This document shows, piece by piece, positions 37,201-44,466 of a stretch of 64,000 bases of DNA. The notes beneath the pieces were generated by a model. It was given only the letters and a program-made list of their open reading frames with translations, made no database searches and was not told the origin of the DNA. Position numbers and translations under genes: made by a program. The stretch covers positions 6,754 through 70,753 of the forward strand of contig CAZHFW010000007.1 in the NCBI GenBank assembly GCA_964531675.1, in the 5' to 3' direction. This DNA comes from an uncultured Phycisphaeraceae bacterium. GTDB taxonomy: Bacteria; Planctomycetota; Phycisphaerae; Phycisphaerales; UBA1924. How positions within the stretch are numbered: position 1 is the first letter of the stretch; every line of letters starts with the position of its first letter.

Positions 37201-37832
37201 TCCACGAAGTTGCGCCCGAAGACCTCGGTCGCGGCGCCGATGCGACCCTTGGAGATCGGGTGCTCGATGATCTTGGTGCCCGAGGCCAGGTAGCCCTCAA
37301 AGCCCGCGACCGCGCCGGAGATGATCGCCGGCTCGTCTTCGCGATGGATGAGGACGAAGTTGGTCTGGCCGAGCCAGGGCGTGTGGTCGATGCGCTCCAG
37401 CACGCCCCGAAGCAGTCCCAGATCAGGCTCGAAGCAGATGATGACGCCCGAACGGCCCAGCCGCTCCGCCAGTGCGGCCAGGTGATATCCAAGCCCGAAG
37501 CCCGGCACGATGAGCGCCGCGTTCTCCTCAATCGGAGCGCCCTGGGCCCAACGGCCGGCCTCTTCCATCGGTCGCCGACGGCTCGCCAGCTGACGCGGGG
37601 CTTGCAGCAGTTCCTGAATCGTGGCGCTGGGAAGGCCCTCGTCGGTCCCGGTGAAGCTCAGGTCGTACCGGGGCGAGGCTTCCAGGATGGCGCGCACAGC
37701 CGCGGGGCTCGTGGCGAACAGGGCGCGCAGGTTGCGCTCCAGGATCGCCTGATCCGGAGGTGCCGCGTCGTCCCCGAGCGAGGAACAGACCGGACGCCAA
37801 TGCGATAACCCTTGACCTTGCGGGCCTTGCAT
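34203..37832 (-). CDS. Giant Maf-like (DUF115/MptE-like motility-accessory-factor) putative nonulosonic-acid glycosyltransferase, fused to a cytidylyltransferase-like domain and a Cys-less radical-SAM-like domain
   Basis: Maf N-domain (LIVPGFGLGYHL...ICFEPD). DUF115 core (GRPAVIVAAGPSLERNI...CVIIATQTTLRPLLARGIKPHFVTALDYHE...GCDPVLLVGQDLGF). A coiled-coil linker. A SpsF/CTP-transferase-like segment (AAVIIADPDWSGMG...LVWTLRAL...RVVLATDQPE). A C-terminal TIM-like segment (IVIELTTRRPQGARL...VSLAGRGDPLEY) lacks CxxxCxxC. The exact start is uncertain. Confidence 0.75.
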   Translation of the reverse strand: MQGPQGQGLSHWRPVCSSLGDDAAPPDQAILERNLRALFATSPAAVRAILEASPRYDLSFTGTDEGLPSATIQELLQAPRQLASRRRPMEEAGRWAQGAPIEENAALIVPGFGLGYHLAALAERLGRSGVIICFEPDLGLLRGVLERIDHTPWLGQTNFVLIHREDEPAIISGAVAGFEGYLASGTKIIEHPISKGRIGAATEVFGRNFVDVIKAVRTNVITTMVQMQTSMHNMCMNLAHYGLGEGIQDLQNAAAGRPAVIVAAGPSLERNIAELSKPGVRDACVIIATQTTLRPLLARGIKPHFVTALDYHEVSKRFYEGLTASDVEGVTLVVEPQANAAILDAYPGRIRCLSEEVLDVVLGEKLFRPMGKLPKGATVAHLAYYLARYLGCDPVLLVGQDLGFTDGQYYAGGAQIHNIWASELNPFRSLEMMEWERVKRMGGALRKAKDSAGRDIYTDEQMATYLVQFERDFLADKERGLKTFDATEGGVAKAHTVPITLARGLEQFAKTPIGWKPGLVDDWQRRSRDAERQRQIIDRLREIRRDVLAMEKLTQQTQKTLEKLLEHQRDQNKAHQLIAQVESNRDRALAMREAFWLTQYMNQAGALRRFKADRAIDIAGSIDDLGRQRLQIERDLENMKALREASELVGTILDDALTAFAGGPKVYRPRFERAAKVDNAAAQTAAHTNARIAAVIIADPDWSGMGASRDLSTLIAGANPLVWTLRALAKTKKLRRVVLATDQPERIRQLIGKAPDGLEIDIRPTDLGQWRAQRRFRLGGRAWSRRNWRGGPGGLSVYDEAIDLAITSEMCKACELDAAVGVGADWALLDPALADALVDRFLENPEHHRITFAHAAPGLGAMLIAASTARETAQARSKIGLFATPAGMVGYIPVAPQFDPIARSNCVIPTPVVRDATLRCIPDSPALARAVADVLAEFGPGVAGERSIAALSRSARAFDSTERIVIELTTRRPQGARLAWEQGKPELDIAPAALERAIEQVRALSAYRPIVVSLAGRGDPLEYACWRSVVDQLREAGASGIHVRTQLAGPPEQVQQLLSAGIELVSVDLLSIAGETFRTLAGVDTWAQSRQNLDALVRDRGMVDGIPGLLVVPRITKCDLTLPEVELFYDYWIMHCGAAAIDALPAPIPEDHFRALPIPSAARDALAAMSMGFRADGQVTRVLDERMIQSIAAPLASAAVEARGALQPA

Positions 37833-37947
37833 GGCCTTTGGATCGGCTCTGGAAGGCTTCCCGGGCGAGTTTTCCGGTCGCGTGGGAACTAAAGAAAGGA
37901 TCGGCGTGTATCACCCTCCCGGGGGAAGGCTCGTCGGGTCAGTTGCC

Positions 37948-38595
37948 ATGCCAATGCTCGCCCAGATCATGATCGCGCCGGGGCTCTCCGAGCCGCCAGC
38001 TTTTCCGCCCCCGCCTTTGGTTGATCGGCTGATCTTCGAGAGCCCCTACCCGCTGGCGGCGGGGTTCATGATCGTGGCGCTGGTCGTGTTTCTGGCGGCC
38101 CGCGAGCGCCTGAACACCAAGCACTTGCTGCTGGCGATGGCGTTGCCCGCCTTGCTCGCCTTCGGGGTCGTGCTCACCGGGACGCTGGTGGTGACTGACC
38201 GGGAAGCCATTGCGGTCAAGGCTCGGGAACTGGTTGATGCGGTCGCATCGGCCAATCCCGAGCAGACCAACCTTCTTCTGGCGGAGGACGCCAGTCTCTA
38301 CGCGTTCTTCACCAGCGCCAAGGGCATCGCCAAACCCGACATCCTGTCGATGGTCCAGAGCGAGATGTCGACGCGTTACCGCCTGCACGATCACCGGGTT
38401 CGGGAGGTCCGCGTGAACATGGAAGGACCCCGGGTGGCCCGGAGCCATGTCCTGGTCATGGTCGATCCCGAGCAGACGCGGATGCAGACCTGGTCGTGGT
38501 GGAGGCTTGATTGGGTTCGCGAGGACGGCAAGTGGCTGGTCCGAGGCATCGAACCTCTTTCCATCCAAGGGCTTGAGAACGCCGGCCCGCGCTGA
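37948..38595 (+). CDS. Membrane-anchored hypothetical protein with an NTF2/SnoaL-like C-terminal domain
   Basis: ATG at 37948. Two TM segments are followed by ...ASANPEQTNLLLAEDASLYAF...WSWWRLDWVREDGKWLVRGIEPL, typical of NTF2-like folds (eye-level only). Confidence 0.45.
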   Translation: MPMLAQIMIAPGLSEPPAFPPPPLVDRLIFESPYPLAAGFMIVALVVFLAARERLNTKHLLLAMALPALLAFGVVLTGTLVVTDREAIAVKARELVDAVASANPEQTNLLLAEDASLYAFFTSAKGIAKPDILSMVQSEMSTRYRLHDHRVREVRVNMEGPRVARSHVLVMVDPEQTRMQTWSWWRLDWVREDGKWLVRGIEPLSIQGLENAGPR

Positions 38596-38597
38596 CG

Positions 38598-39524
38598 TCA
38601 GTTCTTGGGGATGGCCACCAGGAAGCTGGGCTGGAGGCTGGTGATGCCGCGGCCGTCGGCGCCCTTGCGGGTTTCTTTGATGCCTCTGCCGTTGAGCAGG
38701 TTGTACTTGTAGCGATCCCGGACCTCGCGGAGGGCCATGGATTCCATCCCGGGCTTGAGCGGGTCGGTGTCGGAGGGGCCGAAGAGCCCGACGGTCACCA
38801 TGCTGCGGTTGGGGCCGTGGTAGTAGAAGGCTTGCTCACCCTCGCGGCGGAGCTGGGACGCGGCGTCTTCGGCGGTCTTGCGGAACTCGGCCAGCTCCTT
38901 GGGGCTGGGGGCTTTGTCGTCATCGCGGGTGTAAACCGCGACCTGGAGGGTGTAGAGCGGCTTTTCTTTGCCTCGGAAGTTCTTGAGCGCGTTGCGGAGA
39001 TCGAACTCGGGGATGGAGCCCTCGGTCTGTTCGGGCGGGGCGAGGAAGGCGTTGGCGAGCTGCTTTTCGCCATTGATGGAGATGTCGCGGATGCGGGCGA
39101 GGTCTTCCTGGGCCTTGGGATCGTCGGGGGTGGGGTAGCTGCCGTATTCGAGAACGGTGGCCTTGCCGCGCTTGTTGATGGAGACGCCGGTGAGGGCGCC
39201 CTCGACCGCGAGGCGTTTGGAGGCGCGCTCGGCTTCGTCGGCCTGATCGTCGGCGGTGAAGGCTCCGACGATGATGACCCAGCCGGTGTTGCCGGCGGTC
39301 TTGCCCTTGGAGCTTGGCTGGGAGGCGGGCTTGGAGAGCTCCTTGCCTTCCTTCTTGAAGCGGTCGAGGTTCTTGTCCGACCCTGACTGAGCCCAAACAT
39401 TTGTTCCAAACAGACTTAGAACACAAATGAGGCAAAGGGAGCGGGTCAGGGCCCGGAAGCAGGAGTTGCGCACCACAGACAGGGGGAAGAAAGTTGGCGG
39501 GTCCTGCAGGATGTTATTGCTCAT
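38598..39524 (-). CDS. Secreted protein with two SPOR-like (peptidoglycan-binding) repeats
   Basis: ATG at 39524 followed by a signal/TM segment. GWVIIVGAFTADDQADEAERASKRL...VLEYGSY and LYTLQVAVYTRDD...AFYYHGPNRSMVTVGLFG resemble SPOR beta-alpha-beta-beta modules. The 673-aa tracked ORF is an out-of-gene extension. Confidence 0.5.
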   Translation of the reverse strand: MSNNILQDPPTFFPLSVVRNSCFRALTRSLCLICVLSLFGTNVWAQSGSDKNLDRFKKEGKELSKPASQPSSKGKTAGNTGWVIIVGAFTADDQADEAERASKRLAVEGALTGVSINKRGKATVLEYGSYPTPDDPKAQEDLARIRDISINGEKQLANAFLAPPEQTEGSIPEFDLRNALKNFRGKEKPLYTLQVAVYTRDDDKAPSPKELAEFRKTAEDAASQLRREGEQAFYYHGPNRSMVTVGLFGPSDTDPLKPGMESMALREVRDRYKYNLLNGRGIKETRKGADGRGITSLQPSFLVAIPKN

Positions 39525-39762
39525 AAACTTGTTCCCGACAAAGGCTTGGGCGACTTGAGTGGGAGTTGGCCGATTTTGAAGGGTCGCGCGCGGAGCCGTC
39601 GATAGCTTTGTCCGTACAGGAAATGAGACGGGACGGGTGAGCATACCCGGGCCCAACGACGCGGAGCCGATCAGCCCAGGTCGGCATCGGAGGAGAGAGA
39701 ACCGCCGCCCGCGTCGATGAGGTGGAGTCCTGAGCGGCCAACCGGGGCAGGAGTTTGCTGCG

Positions 39763-40053
39763 ATGTCGAGTCTTTCGCCGATCGGGTCGAGCCAGGCTGA
39801 ACGCATCCGCGCCGCGCAGGAAGCGGCCAAGCGGACGTCGACCCCCGCGGGCCGGGCTGCGGAGGCGGCCAGTCGTGGATCGGACCAGGTTGAACTTTCC
39901 CCGATGGCGGGGTTCATGTCCAAGCTTCGCGACCTGCCGGTGAGGCAGGAGCTGGTGGACCGCGTCCGCGACGAGATCGATCGCGGCGTGTACGAGTCGG
40001 CCGAGAAGCTCAATGCTGCGGTCGACGAGATGATCGGGGATGCGCAAGGCTGA
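39763..40053 (+). CDS. flgM: Anti-sigma-28 factor FlgM
   Basis: 96 aa. The N-terminus is disordered and Ala/Ser-rich, and the C-terminus reads VELSPMAGFM..LPVRQELVDRVRDEIDRGVYESAEKLNAAVDEMI, the FlgM signature. Confidence 0.7.
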   Translation: MSSLSPIGSSQAERIRAAQEAAKRTSTPAGRAAEAASRGSDQVELSPMAGFMSKLRDLPVRQELVDRVRDEIDRGVYESAEKLNAAVDEMIGDAQG

Positions 40054-40196
40054 TCCCCGGGGCGGATTGCCCCCCATGTTCCGGGCCTGGAGCCCGGGCT
40101 TGACGACGCCGGAACCGGTACGCTGAAGACGTTGTTGGCCCGGGGCTTGCTGGATTCTCTGGCGGCTCTTGGTGGTCCTGTCTTCACGGAGCGGTG

Positions 40197-43100
40197 ATGG
40201 CGGTGTACGGCGGCTATGAGACGGTGCGAGAGCTGAATCGCACCGGACTTGGATCGGTCTGGCTGGCCAGGCCGGCCTCGTCGTCGGCTGCGCCGGGCGA
40301 GCCATCGCACGTCATCAAGGTTCGCGGCGATCTGGGGGAGCTGATCGGGAGCGACCGATCCGCGCGGGCCCAGGCGCAGTTCCTGGAGTCGGCCCAGATC
40401 CTGAGGGAGGCCAAGCCCGCACCGGGCGGCGCGCGGGCGCTGCTGATGGTCCAGGCGCTGGGACGCGCGGGCGCCGAGGCGTACGTCGTTTCCGAATACC
40501 ACCCGCGCACGCTCGCGAGTATCGCGGGTCGGGTGCGGGCGGATGGTCATGTCATGCGGCACGTGGCGCAGGCGTGCGCCACAGCGCTGCGCCAGCTGCT
40601 GGCGGCTGGCCGCGTGCACGGAAACCTGAAGGCCTCCAACGTGCTCTTCACGGGGACGGGCGAGCTTGCCGAAGCGATCGTGCGGCTGGACGATCCCGCG
40701 CCGATCGCGGGCGGCGGACCTCAGGAGGTCCAGGCCGAGCTGATGCAGATCGCCAGGTTGCTGGTGCTGCTGGCGACCGGGAAGCCTTACGACGATCTGC
40801 GCGGCTGGCCGATCCAGACTTCACCCGAATGGCAGAAGCTTGGCGAGGATGAGACGGTCTGGCGCAGGCTCTGCCATGACATTCTGAATCCCACGCCCGA
40901 GGCGCGGCCGAGCCTGGAGCAGTTCGAGGCACGCATCGCCGAGGGCGAAGCGGGTGTGCTGGCCAATCAGGAGGCGATGCAGGCGGCCGGGGGCATGGCG
41001 GGCGTCGGCTTCGAGGTCGCGCCGGAAGCTCCCAAGAAATCCAAGAAGCCCTGGTACATCGGCGGCGCGGTGGCGGCGGCGCTGGTGGGCTACGGCGTGT
41101 ACAGCACGGTGTTTGCGCCCAAGGTCGACACCGGGCCTCGCCAGGGCATCACGGTCACGCGCGAGGACAACACGCCCACCCTGGCGCCGGAACTCATGCC
41201 CGCGGCGGGCGACGATCCGCGCCTGGCTTGGACCGCGGAAGCGGCGCTGGGACAGCTCAAGACAGATCTGGAGTCGCTGGCCAATCCGGGCTCGGCGGAG
41301 CGTGCGCCCGAACTGGCGGATCAACGAGAGAAACTCCTCGCGGACGTGGCTGCGATGCTTGCTTCGCGGGGCGAGATCGAGGGCGAGCTCACCAAGCTCA
41401 AGGACGTCAAGTGGATCGTGCGCGACGCTGATGAAGTGCGCACGCGGAAAGACGGGATCGATCAGCGCCTGGCAGAGATCACGCAGAAGCTCGCGGACGT
41501 GCGGACCAGGTCCAAGGACTACGAGGATGCGCTCCGGCTGGAGGTCCGCAAGACCGACAGCCTCGACGGGTTCCAGGAGTACGTGCGTTCGCGCAAGAAC
41601 GCGGGCGGCGGCTTTGGCCCGAGCGTGAAGCCCTACTTCGGCGAGGCGTGCGACGAGCTGATCGCCATGCAAGGCGACCTCAACCAGCTCAACGACCTCT
41701 TCAAGAAGGTCACCAAGGGGCTCCAGGGTCTGGAGGACCAGATCACCGCCCAGCGGCCCAAGGGCACCAGGCCTCTGGACAAGGCGCTGGCGGCCAAGCT
41801 CGAACTCATCGCGCGAGATGCGCTGCACGAACTCAAGCCTCTCCGCGACGGCAAGTGGCTCGGCGAGGACGAGGCGTTCCGCAAGGACTGGGACCAGAGG
41901 CTCGGTGCGTTCGCGGCGGCCAGCACGGAACTCATCGCGGTCGCGGAGCAGTCCGCGGTCCTGTTGAAGAGGCTCAACGAAGGCTGGATGCTCGCGGAGG
42001 ACGCGGGTGACGGCGCGATCGGGACAGCGTGGGAGCGCATCGAGAAGTCTCCTGCGGCGGTGGAGTTCACCGAAGGCGAGCTCAAGCCTCATGGGGGCGA
42101 CGTCCTGGCGGTGAAGAAGCGTGTCGACGCGCTGCGCCAGCTTGCGGCAGCGACCGATGCGGATGTGCTGGACACCGCGATGACCGGGGCGGAGATCTCC
42201 GTGGGCGAGATCCGCACAGCGTGGGCGAGGCTCGGCGAGATTGCCTCTCCCGCGGGAGCAGCGGGTGTGGAGCGGCACATCAGGCTCGCGGAGCGCACGA
42301 CGCAGCTGATCGCCAGCAACGCCACGCCTTCGAAGCGTGAGCCCTGGAGCGGCGCGGTCGCGACGGAGCTTCGGGCCAGGTGGGCGCTGGCGATGACGCG
42401 GGTGTCGGAGCGCGAGCCGGTGGCGGCGGTGCTGGCGCTCAAGGACGCGGCGGGCGCGGATGACACGACGATCGCGGGGCTTCCTGGGTTTGTGCGGTAC
42501 AACATCGCGCTCTCGAGCCTCGACTCGGCGCGGGCCAAGCTCGTCAAGGGCGGGCAGTCGCGACAGCTGAAGAAGGCGACGCAGAAGTTCGCGGACGCAG
42601 CGGCGGGATTGGGCGCGGACATCGCGGGCCGTCCGGAGGTCGCCAAGGTGCTCTCGGGCATCGGATCGGCGATGGCGCAGAAGTCGAGCATCACCGAGGA
42701 TGACCTGAAGGACATGGGCCCGGGGGTGCGCGGCTGGACCGTGACGATCGCGGGCGAAGAGGCCGAGAAGGTGCTGTATACGCAGCCCATCGGACGCAAC
42801 GCCCAGGTGCTCGAGTTCCGCCAGCTCAAGAACGAGGATGCGGGCTGGGTCGCGTACGTGCAAGTGAACGAGCTCACGGTGGCGCAGTACAACGCGATCA
42901 CGCAGGGCGACAAGTGGCCCGAGGTGCGGGCGCTGCTTCCGGAGAATCCGCTCAGGCTTGGCGGCGGGCCGGCGACGTGGACGACGCGGCGCGGGCCGCG
43001 TGGCGGCGTTTCGCCTTCGCAGCAATATCTGGCGGCCAACCCGCAGATGCAGCCCGCGGAGCCTTATCCGAAGGATCTGCAGGTCGGGACGCCTGGGAAT

Positions 43101-43763
43101 GACTCCCCGATTCAGCAGCTCTCGCCCGATTCGGCGTTGATCGCGGCGCGGCTGGTGGCGTGCCGGTTCCCGACCGAGGACGAGTGGCTCGCGGCTCTGG
43201 CGTTCGAGGGCGGTGTTGACGAAGCACGGAAGGACGCGAACCTGCGCGATCTGACGTGGAAGAAGCAGTGGGCGTACATCGCGTCCGACCAGGTGCCTCA
43301 GTCGGGCAAGGCTGCGGCGTGGCCTGATCGCGGCGCGTTCTTCTCGCCCGACGGCGGGACCAGGCTCCGGGATCAGGACGCCAAGCCCGCGGTGGAAACC
43401 GACGACGGCGTGCTTTGGTTCCGGTCGTCGAAGGTGGGAGCGGGGCGTGAGTTCCGCAACCTGATCGGCAACGTGGCGGAGTTCGTGACGACGGGCGCGG
43501 AGCCCTTTGACTCGCTCAAGGCCGAGCGGACGGTCGTGTATCAGGCGCTGGGGAACTACGAGCAGGTGCGCGTGATGGGCGGATCGGCGCTCTCGGATGC
43601 GGCGATGACGTTGAACAAGGCCTGGACAGTGGATCCCGAGGAAGCCAAGCGTGGGTACTCGGATGTCGGTGTGCGGCTGGCGTTTACCGCCGGGCCGGTG
43701 GGGCCTCCCTTTGCGTTGATTCTGGGTGAGGCGATCGGTGAGCCGGTGTATTTGAAGCGGTGA
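40197..43763 (+). CDS. Bitopic sensor: cytoplasmic Ser/Thr-kinase-like pseudokinase, single TM, long coiled-coil ectodomain and C-terminal FGE-sulfatase (TagR-like) domain
   Basis: Kinase fold: GLGSVWLA, VIKV, E in helix C. The catalytic loop is HGNLKASN (40617-40640) instead of HRDLKxxN, and LDDP replaces DFG. TM: WYIGGAVAAALVGYGVYSTVF (about aa 287-307). C-terminus: ARLVACRFPTEDEWLAA...GNVAEFV...RVMGGSALS...YSDVGVRLAF, the FGE-sulfatase signature. The ATG at 40197 is preferred to the GTG at 40194. Confidence 0.75.
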   Translation: MAVYGGYETVRELNRTGLGSVWLARPASSSAAPGEPSHVIKVRGDLGELIGSDRSARAQAQFLESAQILREAKPAPGGARALLMVQALGRAGAEAYVVSEYHPRTLASIAGRVRADGHVMRHVAQACATALRQLLAAGRVHGNLKASNVLFTGTGELAEAIVRLDDPAPIAGGGPQEVQAELMQIARLLVLLATGKPYDDLRGWPIQTSPEWQKLGEDETVWRRLCHDILNPTPEARPSLEQFEARIAEGEAGVLANQEAMQAAGGMAGVGFEVAPEAPKKSKKPWYIGGAVAAALVGYGVYSTVFAPKVDTGPRQGITVTREDNTPTLAPELMPAAGDDPRLAWTAEAALGQLKTDLESLANPGSAERAPELADQREKLLADVAAMLASRGEIEGELTKLKDVKWIVRDADEVRTRKDGIDQRLAEITQKLADVRTRSKDYEDALRLEVRKTDSLDGFQEYVRSRKNAGGGFGPSVKPYFGEACDELIAMQGDLNQLNDLFKKVTKGLQGLEDQITAQRPKGTRPLDKALAAKLELIARDALHELKPLRDGKWLGEDEAFRKDWDQRLGAFAAASTELIAVAEQSAVLLKRLNEGWMLAEDAGDGAIGTAWERIEKSPAAVEFTEGELKPHGGDVLAVKKRVDALRQLAAATDADVLDTAMTGAEISVGEIRTAWARLGEIASPAGAAGVERHIRLAERTTQLIASNATPSKREPWSGAVATELRARWALAMTRVSEREPVAAVLALKDAAGADDTTIAGLPGFVRYNIALSSLDSARAKLVKGGQSRQLKKATQKFADAAAGLGADIAGRPEVAKVLSGIGSAMAQKSSITEDDLKDMGPGVRGWTVTIAGEEAEKVLYTQPIGRNAQVLEFRQLKNEDAGWVAYVQVNELTVAQYNAITQGDKWPEVRALLPENPLRLGGGPATWTTRRGPRGGVSPSQQYLAANPQMQPAEPYPKDLQVGTPGNDSPIQQLSPDSALIAARLVACRFPTEDEWLAALAFEGGVDEARKDANLRDLTWKKQWAYIASDQVPQSGKAAAWPDRGAFFSPDGGTRLRDQDAKPAVETDDGVLWFRSSKVGAGREFRNLIGNVAEFVTTGAEPFDSLKAERTVVYQALGNYEQVRVMGGSALSDAAMTLNKAWTVDPEEAKRGYSDVGVRLAFTAGPVGPPFALILGEAIGEPVYLKR

Positions 43764-43845
43764 GGCGTTCCCCGGGGCGTACCCGGGGGCCGCGGGCGGC
43801 GGGGCAGATATGCTGGTGGTTTGAGGCGGAGAGCAGGAGCGGGAC

Positions 43846-44409
43846 ATGAGCCAGACCGGACAGAGCGGGCCCTTGCCGGAGAGCGTGGCGCAGGCTCTGC
43901 GCGCCAGGCTGCAGATCCCCGAAGGCCAGTCGATCGATCCGGCGCGGGCGGCGGAGCTTTTGGTGCCGCTGCTCGAGCTTGCGATCAGCATGGATCAGCT
44001 GGTGTGGAGGACGTGGTCGCAGCGGGTGGCGCCCGACTCGCAGGTCAAGCGTCGCGAGCTCTTGCAGAAGGCGGCGGCGGCTCACGTGACGGGTCAGGAG
44101 CTGGACCAGGAGAAGAGCCTGGCGCAGTTCACGCAGGACGCGGAAAGGCTCAGGCAGCTCACGCTGTGCCTGCTTTCGGCGATCGGCCAGACCGGAACGC
44201 TCTTTGCGCAGCGCTGGATGGACAAGTACAGCACCGAGTCGATCGAGCGGGCGGCGCAGTCGGAGAAGAAGCTGATCGAGGCGTTCGGCGCGACGTGCTG
44301 GCGCAAGTTCGGGGAGCTGACCGCGGGGATGGAGAAGTCGACGATCGACGCCGAGGTGAACCAGGGGATCGCGGAGTTTGTGGAACAGGTGATGAAGGCG
44401 GGGCGGTAG
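43846..44409 (+). CDS. Small all-helical cytoplasmic protein of unknown function, embedded in the TssLM-TPS operon
   Basis: AGGAG (43835-43839) lies 6 nt before the ATG. The 187-aa translation has no TM or signal. I recognise no family. Confidence 0.55.
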   Translation: MSQTGQSGPLPESVAQALRARLQIPEGQSIDPARAAELLVPLLELAISMDQLVWRTWSQRVAPDSQVKRRELLQKAAAAHVTGQELDQEKSLAQFTQDAERLRQLTLCLLSAIGQTGTLFAQRWMDKYSTESIERAAQSEKKLIEAFGATCWRKFGELTAGMEKSTIDAEVNQGIAEFVEQVMKAGR

Positions 44410-44466
44410 CGCCGGACGGGTATCGGGTGTGAAGACCGTGGAGCGAGGGACAAGGAAGCCGAGAGC

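Noticed and set aside
39560-39610. A sigma-28-type promoter upstream of flgM, with GTCGATAG at 39598-39605 resembling the GCCGATAA -10 element.
   Set aside because: The upstream -35 (TAAA-like) element is not convincing at the right spacing, and the consensus for this lineage is unknown. The evidence is too weak to annotate.
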